Source of the DNA: Craspedostauros australis
Lineage: Eukaryota
Reading direction: 5' to 3'
DNA: 55,480 nt
Assembly (NCBI GenBank): GCA_030167865.1
Contig: JALAGF010005425.1
Span: 1 to 55,480 of the forward strand
The notes under the pieces: model-generated
The model's database searches: none
The model's input: only the letters and a program-made list of their open reading frames with translations
Told to the model about the DNA's origin: nothing
Part shown: one piece after another, positions 1 to 11,058 of the stretch
Layout of the letters: every line of letters starts with the position of its first letter
Numbering within the stretch: position 1 is the stretch's first letter
Translations under genes and position numbers: made by a program

Positions 1-115
1 TGTTGCTGGTTTCCATTGTGAGACTGGTCAACGTGGAGTGTTGTTGGCTGTCCTGGCCTGGCACATTCTGTTGTCGCCGCGCGCAGTCATCATCTTGTCT
101 TGCGGAGGAAGAGTC

Positions 116-220
116 NNNNNNNNNNNNNNNNNNNNNNNNNNNNNNNNNNNNNNNNNNNNNNNNNNNNNNNNNNNNNNNNNNNNNNNNNNNNNNNNNNNNN
201 NNNNNNNNNNNNNNNNNNNN
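116..220. other. Assembly gap (run of N)
   Basis: Run of N characters in the sequence. Confidence 0.99.
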
Positions 221-819
221 TATCCAATCGCCGTTTCTCCCAAAAGCAAGCAAACCAGTGACAACAAGGGGCCAAAACTCCACAACTAGTGTTATCGTGA
301 GTGCATCAACTGCGACCTGGAGGTAGTACGACCCACAGCACAAGGAAGGAGATTCGAACGAGCAGATGAACGAAAGAAGGAAAGGAATGGGATGGAATGG
401 GATGGAACAGGAATTGATGGCGGCAGCACAGCACAAGCTTCTTTGTTGTTCTGCGTGATAGTCGAAAAACTGCTCATAATGGAGCAATAACGTCTTCATT
501 TTTGGGTGGAATACGACAAACCAAATTTACAAACCGGTATTAATAGGGCCGAAAAACGGGACTGTGTGTTCTGCAGTAGGTGTTGTGGCTTGTTGAAGAT
601 TGACAAGTTGGATTCGATCTTCGTGACCAACTTTTTGCAAATGTCACAGGACGTGACTCCTGGATGCGACGGATGAGAATCCGTGCTCATAAATTCGAAG
701 CATCCAACAACCAAAACAGAATACTCGTAGTAACAAGGAACACAGCAATAGCAACAGACACAACAACAACAACAACAACAACAGAGCAACCAAATCCAAG
801 CACTCTACTCTGGTCGACC

Positions 820-2280
820 ATGGCACGCCAAAACATCATGCTGGGTTGTGTTTGCATCAGCGCCATGGCGCTGATGCAGGTACCCTCGGCGGCGACATTT
901 GCGTCGACCCCATCTTTCGCATCGCAACGATCTTCTCAGGAAATACCGGCGTCAGCAGCACCGTCTTCCGCGCTCCAGAATGCTGAACCGATGCGTTTGG
1001 AGGAGAACGTTGATGGTCCGCTGTATGTCAACGACAAGGTGAGTTTACCAATGTGCAATCTGGAGCGGGCTCTTGCTGGCTGCGAGTAAGATTACAAGCG
1101 GCATTCCCATGTGCATTCAACTTTCTCACTATGTTGCTGACTGCATCACACCCAACTTCCCTGACCCGCGATCCATCCGCATCTTCCCTTGTTTGTGTCG
1201 CGTACCGAGTAGTGCATAAACTGCGCAGCGTGCAGCCAATATGCGCCCACTGTCTTCACCCGATCGCCGAAATATAAGATGCACCTGGTGCACCGTCAGC
1301 CATCCTCTGAACTGGAGATTGCGCAAGCGCGAGCCTCTCTGTCTGCTTGCCCGGTTGCCGCCATTCGGGTCGAGACCAACACAGATCGCAGTCATAGGGG
1401 GTTACCAGAGCAGTCGGAAGAAGAAAAGGTATGGACGCCCAAGTTGGTCATCAATCCAAAGTTCAATGGCCTCGAACATCCTTTCCCACGCCCAGTGGCG
1501 CCCCATGCAACACCGGACGTCCATTTCATTGGTCACCATAATGATGCCAGCTTTGGAGCAACACCGTACATGTTCGGCATATCTTCTCGGACGGTAGAGG
1601 GCGAAAAGGAATGGATCATGATAGATGTGCCGCGATACTCCCAATCCGCCATCGCCACGGTGGAGAAGCTGACTGGGCTTGTCGGTCCCAAGTACCTCTT
1701 CCTGACGCACATCGATGACACGCCTGATCATCAGAAATGGGCAGATCACTATCCTGACCTCAAACGCATCTTCAATCGCGGCGATCTAGGACGTCACAAT
1801 TGGATCGGCGATACACGGTTGGAAGATGTGGAAATCTTGCTCCCCGCCACCGATATCTCTCCACACCAAGTCACCAACATGCCCACGTTCCGTCTGGACG
1901 GAACTCCAATCCCACCAACCGCATCCATCGCGGAGGAGGAGGCCGTCATCCTCCATACGCCAGGCCATTCGCCAGGCAGCATAACCTTGTGGAAGCGGCC
2001 CACGGAGACCTCCGAAGGCGTCATTTTCACTGGTGACACATATTCGTACTCGACACGTAATGGTGGATACATGTCGGCTATTCCACGGCGCGGCAACAAT
2101 CTGCGCACCCAAGGTGAGACCATCGGCAAACTCGTTGCTATGAATGACGACATGAATGCATGGTCGATCGTCGCGCCTGCGCATGGACACAGGAGAGATT
2201 ACACAAGAATACCAGCGGGGTCCATGCAATCCGATTACGACGATGTGATGGAAGAGCTGAAGGCGTACCCTGGATATTGA
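820..2280 (+). CDS. Plastid-targeted ferredoxin-domain / MBL-fold metallo-hydrolase, copy 1; join(820..1038,1213..2280), ~428 aa
   Basis: ATG at 820; signal peptide with SAA-TFAS cleavage motif. A phase-0 intron (AAG|GTGAGT...GTAG|TGC, 1039..1212) joins NVDGPLYVNDK to CINCAAC, giving a ferredoxin CxxCxxC...CP motif (CPVAAI). MBL-fold motifs: FLTHIDDTPDH, HTPGHSPGS, FTGD, PAHG. The architecture resembles cyanobacterial/plant ferredoxin-MBL fusion proteins (from recall). Confidence 0.88.
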
Positions 2281-2383
2281 CACGCCGATGATGCCAATGA
2301 CAGCACCCTGTCCCATACGGTAAAATATACCATCTCATGCTCGTATGATGGTGGACTCCATTCTCTCCCTTCTCTGCTGCCAC

Positions 2384-2650
2384 TTGTGCGGAAAAACGTG
2401 CTTGAAGCAGCGGTGATCGGGCTCCATGTCCTTGCCATTGGCCGGCGATGAGGAGTGGATTCATCAGCGGCGACAGCTATAGGTTGTACTCCAGCTTGAA
2501 TATCTGTATCGGTTTCCATTGTTGTCCCATAGTTCGGGATAGTGCGCGAACGAAGTTACATTCCGGGTGGCAACGCCACTCACTGATTCAGACTGTCGTA
2601 TTGACCGCGTTGACCACATGGCATTCATGGAGGAATTCGTTGGAAGTTTG
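2384..2650 (-). pseudogene. Degenerate duplicated fragment of the 3' end of the 5115..8777 gene
   Basis: Aligns by eye to ~5147..5420. The minus strand reads QQWKPIQIFKLEYNL*LSPLMNP, versus QKWKPMQGSKLTHNPLLSPLMKP in the intact gene; it has an in-frame stop and indels. Confidence 0.8.
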
Positions 2651-3075
2651 GGGCAGTGGCTGCTTCAATTGATTGCCACCACTCGACGAAGGCTGCGGCT
2701 GCCGTTGGCGAGACTTCTTCGTTGCCTTCCACGTTGACAAGCTTGCTGCACCTGCATTTCCTCGACCTGGTCGTTAGGACGAGTACTGCACTAGCATTGA
2801 AATGCCAGATATAATACAGATCTGTGCAAGAGGTCGAGGTGCAACAGGCAGAACATCACACGGAAGAAGATTTGATGCGCAAACGGATGAGGGAACGGAA
2901 TGGAACACAAAGCGGAGTCCTAGCTTCTCGTTTTCTTGCAAAATAGTCGAAAAACTGCTCAAAATAGAGCAATAATAGCTTCATTGTACGTTGTAATACG
3001 ACAAACCATATTTACAAAACGGTATTGGTGACACGCTGCAAGAACAGTTGCACGTTTCATCTTCCATTTCATTCG

Positions 3076-3123
3076 ATCGTGTTCGTTGGAGGTTGACACA
3101 TCGTGTTCGTTGGAGGTTGACAC
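3076..3123. repeat. Perfect 24-bp tandem duplication (ATCGTGTTCGTTGGAGGTTGACAC x2)
   Basis: Directly visible upstream of MBL copy 2. Confidence 0.9.
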
Positions 3124-3344
3124 GTTGGGTCCGATCTTTGCGCTCAACGTCCCACGATCTTCATCATGCTCTCGCCATGGTGCTGTGTCACCACAAAAGC
3201 GCACCTCACACGCGGCTTGGGATGGCGCGAATGTGTCATGAGTGTTTTGCCATCGTGTGTCCTCATAAATTGGAAGCATCGAGCAACCAAAGCACAACAG
3301 CACAGCAACAAGAGCATCAAAGCAATCGAGTAGAGGAGTTGATC

Positions 3345-4845
3345 ATGACACGCCAACAGACCATGTTCGGTTCCGTATGCATCAGCGCCATAGCGCTCTT
3401 CCAAGCATCCTCCGTTACGGCATTCGCACCAACCACATCTTTCACACAGCAACGATCTCCTCAGCAAATGACACCCCCATCGGCGGCATCCTCCACCCAC
3501 CTGAATGCCAAACCGAAGCGTTTGGAGGACAACGTTGATGGACCTTTGTATGTCAACGACAAGGTGAGGTTAACAATGTGCAATCTGGAGCGGACTCTTT
3601 GCGATCTGTGCGAGTGACTTTGCAAGTGATGTCGCAATGTGTGCTGCATTTCCATCATGTTTCTCACATCATCATGCGCAACTGCCCTTCTGTCGACATC
3701 GTTCCCATTGCTTCTCTCCCCTTACGTTTCTCTGTTCATGCTGCGCCACGCCACACCGCACCATGCCAAAACAGTGCATCAACTGTGCGGCGTGCAGTCA
3801 CTTCGCGCCCACTGTCTTCAGCCGATCGCCCAAAGACAATGCCCACGTGGTGCACCATCAGCCATCCTCCGAACTGGAGATTGAGCAAGCGCGAGCCTCT
3901 CTGTCTGCTTGCCCGGTTGCCGCCATTCGGGTCGAGACCAACGCAGATCGCAGTCACAGGGGGTTACCAGAGCAGTCAGAGGAGGAGAAGGAGTTGACGC
4001 CCAAGCTAGCCATCAATCCAAAGTTCAATGGCCTCGAACATCCTTTCCCACGCCCAGTGGCGCCTGATGCAGCATCGGACGTTCATTTCATCGGTCACCA
4101 TAATGATGCCAGCTTTGGAGCAACACCATACGTTTTCGGCATATCTTCCCAGACAGCAGATAGAGAAAAGGATTGGATAATGGTCGATACGCCACGATAC
4201 TCCAAGTCTGCAATCGCCACAGTGGAGAAGGTGACCGGGTCTGTCGGTCCCAAGTACCTCTTCCTGACTCACGTCGATGACACTGCCGATCATCAGAAAT
4301 GGAAGGACCACTACCCCGATCTCAAGCGCATTTTCCACGCCGGCGATCTAGGACGTCACAATTGGATCGGCGATAAGCGGTTGGAGGATGTGGAAATCTT
4401 GCTCCCCGCCACCGATGTTCCTGCGCATGAAGCCACCAACATGCCCACGTTCCGTCTGGATGGAACTCCAATCCCACCAACCGCATCCATCGCGGAGGAG
4501 GAGGCCGTCATCTTGCACACACCAGGCCATTCGCCAGGGAGCATAACTCTGTGGAAGCGGCCCACGGAGACCTCCGAAGGCGTCATTTTCAGTGGGGACA
4601 CCTACGCATTCTCGACACGTGGAGGAGGACGCATGTCGGCCTTCCCGCGGTATGGTAACAATCTGCGCACCCAGGGCGAGACGATCGGCAAACTCGTCGC
4701 TATGAATGATGACAACAAGGCATGGTCGGTCGTCGCGCCTGGCCATGGGCACAAGAGAGATTACACCACGATGCCGGCAGGGTCCATGCAGTCCGATTAC
4801 GATGATGCGTTGGAGGAACTGAAGGCGTACTATCGATACGACTGA
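3345..4845 (+). CDS. Plastid-targeted ferredoxin-domain / MBL-fold metallo-hydrolase, copy 2; join(3345..3563,3775..4845), ~429 aa
   Basis: Signal peptide followed by VTA-FAP (ASAFAP-type). Intron 3564..3774 (AAG|GTGAGG...ACAG|TGC) lies at the same position as in copy 1. Motifs: CINCAAC...CPVAAI, THVDDTADH, IFHAGD, HTPGHSPGS, FSGD, APGHG. Confidence 0.9.
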
Positions 4846-5114
4846 TATTGATGACAATGACGATGGCAGTTCTCTGCATGATAACGTAGAACCTTTGGCT
4901 CTAGTTCATTCCATTCTCTGGCCTTTTTCCGTTTGTCTAACTTGGTCAAGAGCAACATTTGCTCTCGATCTGCTTGCTATTCCAGTCATCGTGAGAGACT
5001 TCCCATAGTACTGCGGACAGAGGCGGAGCAAACAACCTATATTCTATTGGAAAGCCATGCATTAAGCAAGCAGTCTATCCTGCCCTGATATGTTCAGTCG
5101 CACTCGTATTCTCG

Positions 5115-5581
5115 TCAAATCGGCATGCTCGCCTTGCGTTGCGGTTTGTGCGGGAACATGTGCTTGGAGGAAAGATGGTCAGATTCTGTCTCCTTGGCGT
5201 TGTCGGTGACATCATACTCCAGCTCAACGGCGGTGATGGGTGGCTTCATCAGGGGCGACAGCAATGGATTGTGCGTCAGCTTGGATCCCTGCATCGGTTT
5301 CCATTTTTGCAGGGTAGAATGCTGCGCGAACGAGACCGAATTCCAGGTGGCATTCCCCGTGGCTGATCCAGACTGTTGCGTTGACCACGTTGCATTCATG
5401 GAGGTATTCCTTGGAAGCCCCGCACTGCTCTGGTGGCGTTGCCCCTTGTGCACGAGGTATGAAAGTGACACCGATCTGGACAATGCGCCACCGGCAGACT
5501 TAAATTGCGTTGGTTTGAACTTCGTCAGCAGAGTCAAGGTTTGGCTCACCGGCAGCGAATCATCCTTCTTGTTGGCATCAC

Positions 5582-5630
<49 letters not shown>

Positions 5631-8600
5631 GCCGTCGTCGTCGCGAGCAGGTAGAGTGCTATCACGCTCAGCATCATCATTGCTGTTGGCCGTTCCAAGC
5701 ACATCATCGTCATCCTTATCATCGATGGTTTCACCCGTGCATGCCGTGCTGCGGCTATCCCTGCGATATGGCATGTTGACACAATCATCGACTCCCGATC
5801 CTGATACCATGCGATCAAAGCCGGGCGATCCTGTACCCTTCAAGTCTTCGTCCGCCGTTTCGTCATCGTCATCCGTACTATCTCCATGCATATCCAACGG
5901 TGCGATGCCCGTTACGTTTGTGATTCTGGTGACGACATTGGGAGGATTCGGTGACAGCGCATGACGCGGCGACACTTCCAATCCCAACGCGTCCGATGTT
6001 TTGGAGTGCAGCGACGTCGAGATTGTAGACGCATGTTTGAGAGCGAGTTTTTGTGCTGGAGATATGGGTGACTGCAATGCCGTATCGTTTGATGCCTCTG
6101 CCGTTTGCATGGCAGCGCTGTTCAACACGTTGCCATGCGCCGCCGCTGTCGATGATGGTTGCTTGCCGTCCTTCAAGAAATCATGCAGCAGGCGTTGCTT
6201 AAAGTTGGACGACAGTGCAGCTTTCGGTGCGGACTTGGTGCTTGACGTCACGAAGTCGGCATTCTTCTCGTGCACGGTCGTCGGCACGAAGGTCGCCCTC
6301 TGCGCATTCATGTTCATGGGCCGCCATGGCGTGTTGACGTCGGGCGTGGATCGCGACGTCATGAGGGCCTTGAAGAGGCTTGGGTTCGTTAAGACGCTGG
6401 CGTGGCCGGAACCCATGGTGCTTGCTGATGGCTGGCGATTCGGCATGCGAAATCCGCCGAAGCTCTGATTTCTGTGCTTGCCGAATTGAAAGATGGGCGA
6501 ATTGCCTTTGCTTTTCAGATTGTGGCTGCTGCTGCTGTTGCTGTGCATGGACGGCGCGACGCCTTCCGCTGGATGCGTCGAGGTGGTATTCGTGGGAATC
6601 GACCATTGCGAATTCGAGCCCGTCGTCGATCCCTTCTGCATGGTATTGGATACGGAGTTGGTGGTGCGCGTCGGCACGCGCAGCTGCAAATCGAATTGAT
6701 AATTGCGCTGCGGCAGGAAGTTGTCGACGGAGGACCGTTGCGGCGGACGGATCTGATGATCGGACGGCACATGCTCCAGCACCTGATCAAACCGGCTGCT
6801 GCAGCTGTCCGTGCGCTTCATGAGGCTGCCGTTGGTGCTGTGGATGCCAAGATTCCTGGCATGGTCGCTGCGATCCTCGCCGTGCAGGTCGTTCAACACA
6901 ATGAGCTCTTCCGACTCGTCGTCGTCATTGTCATCCTCTTCGTCGTCGTGCAAGTCGGAAATATCGTCAAAGAATTGCTGCAGCTGCTCTTGCTTGCGAT
7001 CTTGCCGACGTTGGCGTTTTGGATCTTGCATTTCCAATGGCAGCTGCACGATCGTTTCTGGAACGGTGGCGGAGCGAAAACCGCGGCGGCTGCTGTTGCG
7101 TTTTGGTGAGGACGACAGCGGCATGGAGACGGGCAAGGAGTGGGGCACCGTCGCCTTGGACGGTGACGACATGGTGGGTGCGTTCGGCAGCTGAGATTTT
7201 GCTTTTTGGTAAACCGCTTTGCGCGAAGCCGAGACGGGCGACGTGGTTCGTATGGGCGATCGGTGGTTGCTGTTGCTGGACATGCTTTTACGCTGATGTT
7301 GCGACGACGGCGTCATTCTGGATGGATAGTAGTCGCCGTCTGGTGGCGGTGGCGGCGGAATGGCCTTCCGCGGCGATCGACTCAGGGATATCCTGCGTTC
7401 GTGGGCCGAGGCCCGGCCTCGGCCGTGGTAGGATCGACTGAGGCTGCTGCGGATGGTGGACATGTTGTCGGACGACATCACGTCGCGTTGCTTGGCGCGC
7501 ACCGGAAATCCGTCGTGGCTCTCGCTGCGGCGCATGCTGGATACGGCAACGATGTCGGTGAACGGAGCCATGTTGGATGACGACGACGAATCGATGGCGT
7601 GGAAGGATTGGCCGGTGGTGGCGGACCAGCGCGGTTCGCTGGACACCTTCTGTCCGATGGAACGATGTTCGTGCACGAGCTGCGGCTGCGCCGTAATGGT
7701 CTCCTCGAGGAATCCCGATATGAGGACGCGCGACGATTCTCGGATGTTGGTGATGGAGGTGGTGTGGACAAAGTCGATCGTGTACATGGCCACGGCGGCG
7801 CGTTGCCCAGCGACGATGGTGATGGAATCGATGGTGACGAGGGAGACGCTGCGCAGCTGGCGGACGTCCTCGGCATTGTTGGCGGGGGCCTTGCATTCCT
7901 GGATGACCTGCGTCAACGTCGACGTCGTGCCGTCGGGCTTGACGAGCTGGTACTGCGGGACATGGTGCTGCTCGAAGAAGGACTCCCAGAACTCGTCGAC
8001 CTGCAGCTTCTTGTTGCTGGTGAGGTTGTTCCAATCCTCGAAGTAGTCCACCAGGAATGCGCGGATGCGGTCCTCCGTGAGCTGCCTTCGAATGGGTACC
8101 GTCGACGTGGGGTGGTGCTGCTGCTGCTGTTGCATGCGGTTGGGCTTGCGCCTGTGCTGGCTGCCCTTGCCCGGTTGGTTCTGCGACTGGTGCTTGCTCT
8201 TCGATTTCGATTTGGACTTGTCCTTGTGTTTGGACTTGTCGTTGTGCTTGTGTTTGTCATTGTGCTTGTCACTGTGCTTGTCCTTGTGTTTGTCACTGTG
8301 CTTGTCACTGTGCTTGTCGTTGTCCATCATATCGGAGTCGCCGTTGCCGAAGCCGTTGCTGTTCTCATGGCCGTGGCTGTCCCCTTTGCTCATGGATGGG
8401 CTGAGCGAGGACAGAAGCTCGCTCTTGCAGCTCATGGTCAAGACCGAGATGGAGTTGGACGCTTGCGATTGGATGGAGTACGAATGTTTGGACTTGATGG
8501 CTCTGTGCGGGCCAGACATCGACCCGCGTCCCGCGCCTGTCATCTTGCCTGCCGTCTTTCGCATCGTTGTCGTCGGCGTTCGTCTGTGTTGTTGCTGCTG

Positions 8601-8777
8601 CTGATGCAAGTCCTGTCCGTAGTCGTCGGCATCGGGACTGGGTGGCTTCATGGGAGCGTCCATGTCTGTGACGCCAGTGCTTCTGTTGTGCGCGTTATGT
8701 TCGTTGCTGTTGATGTTGATGTTCCTGTTGCTGGTGGCAGCACCGATGGTGGAGTGCATCGTGTCTGTCTTTGTCAT
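5115..8777 (-). CDS. 1220-aa largely disordered protein with one NTF2-like (DUF3804-related) domain at ~7640..8090
   Basis: Long intronless ORF with poly-Q/N/D tracts and HSDK repeats. The folded island (LTEDRIRAFLVDYFED...LVKPDG...LVTIDSITIVAG...AVAMYT...QLVHEHRSIGQ) aligns to the domain in 11059..13050. Confidence 0.8.
5582..5631. repeat. (TTG)n microsatellite encoding poly-Asn on the minus strand
   Basis: Visible trinucleotide run inside the 5115..8777 CDS. Confidence 0.95.
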
Positions 8778-11058
8778 GGCAACCTCACGAGCTGCGACTG
8801 CTCATGGATCGTGCGTATTATTATGTTATACAATAATATAATACGATCTACTCGTTCTCGTTCTCGTTCTCGTATTAGTGTGACAAGGTTCAGTGCAATG
8901 GCAGTGTGATGATGTCGGAATCGGCCGAGGCTTTGGGTGTGGTTGGACTTTTTCTTTTCTTGTTTTTTTTTGTTTTCTGTTCTCGATGGTGGTGATGGTG
9001 ATGTGAATGTCAACGTCAAGACGGGACGAGTGGCGATCCCTTGACCAATGCCGATCCAGGCGTCTGAACAAATGAGTGCGGGTGCTGCCGTCGATCCTTG
9101 GGCGCTGTTGATCTGCGTCTGCTTCGGGATGGATGACGTTGCACGAGCTCGATGGATAGTGCTAATGGACGATGTAGTCGTATGGCACCAGTTGTGCTGT
9201 GTTGTCCTGTGTTGTGTTTGGCTTGGTAGTCACTCTCTGATCTTGCAGCAGTTTCCACAGCGAGACTGACGAACGCCACCAGATGTGATGAAACGAACGA
9301 AAGGCGATGGCCAAACACGAGGAAAGGCTCGTTGGGCAATAATTGCTCTCGCGGAGTTTGCTGCACGGGGTGGAAACCCACGTCGCCTACTTTCGTTCTT
9401 TCTTCTCGTGCAGGCTTACCCACAACCGTTTCCAGCTTCGCGATCTTTTTGTTTCTCCGTGACGGCCATCGGTGATGTTCGTACCAAAACAACCCCTCTT
9501 GTGTTGTTGAGTGGCTTGCCCTGTTGTTTTCGATAGCCTTGGTTGGATGGAGAGTCTCGATGATGCCCACGCAAGTTGATGCCCTTCACTCTCTTCCTCT
9601 CTCTCTCTCTCACTCTCTCTGTTGTCGAGGTTGAGGCTGATGCGGATGAGGATGCGAATGTGGTCCTTCCAACGGCGGGTGCCTGGAAAGACAGACGTGA
9701 CAAAACCGATCGGTGCGCACGGAGTTGTTGTCCTCCCATCGCTTCGCACGACGGTTGCCGTGTTCACGATGATCATGTCGCTTTCATCAGTGCTATACAA
9801 CGTTCATTGGTACCGAGGTGGTTTTGGCCCGCCGTCGTTGTGCATGGACCGCGCTATTCCAACACGTTCCTCGTTTTCGTTTGCCGCCATCTATTGCCGT
9901 GATGCGAAGCACAAATGCCGCGCTCGATCGATTGGACCTGTCAGAAGTTCCACGCGCTTCGTTTTCTTTAATTGCAGTCCAGGGCATGCGACACGGCCGA
10001 GGCTTGTGAAACAGGTGAGAACCATGGTGACGCAAACATCACGCAAGCCAATTGGGATAAACTTATTCTATCGTTCGATCTCAACCAGGTACAAAGGGGG
10101 CTATGTGCGAGCCTACTTTGTCGATCCAAGAAGCAGCGGCACGTCATCAAAAAACGTCATGGGGAGCAATATCGCGCGAGCACAAATTCCGTTTCAATAT
10201 ACTATCGAAACTACGTTTAACTATAGTACTACTATATACACGGTACCATGTTGTTGAAGCCAATATAGTATACCTAATTTGCAGTATTGTAATCAAATAC
10301 CACATCGAGAGAAAACCAAGTTTGCTCACACGGACAGTCATCGCGCAAGTGACTGGTCCACCGAACATGTCACGATTAAAGGCATCGCCATCAAGAAAGC
10401 TGTGCGTTGTTCCAACACAAACGAGAAAAACACCACTAGAAATTGTCAATCAGGCCCGATCTTTGAATAAGTTCCGCGTTGTTCCTTCACTCCAAGGAGA
10501 CAAACCGGCGGTCCGTTGCGTGTTTCGTTTCTCTGTTCGTGTCTCTGCTGGTGACGATGACTCTGTTGGTGGCTTTGGTGTGGGGTCTGTGGGCGTAGTG
10601 ACCAACGATACTTTTGCCTGTCTGATCGAGATTCGAAGGGGCGCCATGACGAGGTGACAAAACTGCGTTTCCAGAGAAGTCCGCTGGTTGTCATCCGCTG
10701 GTTGTCATCCGCTGGTATCAATCGCGTCCCGACACCACCACTCCGCCGTGCGAAGCGGTTCCGATTTCGCAAACGGTTGTTGATGCAACGTCTCGCATCC
10801 ATGCGCGGAGAGAGCATCTCTGGCGGAGCAGCCAGCGAGGTTTTCTGCCCTCTCGTCGCAACTGCCCTGGTGGACCCCTGCGGTAAGGGAACGAAAGCGT
10901 GAGAAACCCCATCTCTGGATCTCACAGCCAATGGTACAACAAGGTTCATGGACCGCTTGTCGCCAGCATCATTCTCCGCGCCAGCATCGCACGTGCCAGA
11001 CACAGAGCACCAACAGCAACCATAATTCCCGCTCACCCCAGCACCCTATCCGAGCTTG

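Noticed and set aside
1..115. Possible further relic of the 5115..8777 gene (QHSTL / QWKP-like words on the minus strand)
   Set aside because: Too short, needs a frameshift and is cut by the gap; not distinguishable from chance.
1279..4845. MBL-fold genes as antibiotic-resistance beta-lactamases or bacterial contamination
   Set aside because: They have spliceosomal introns, plastid presequences, a ferredoxin fusion and a non-canonical metal motif.
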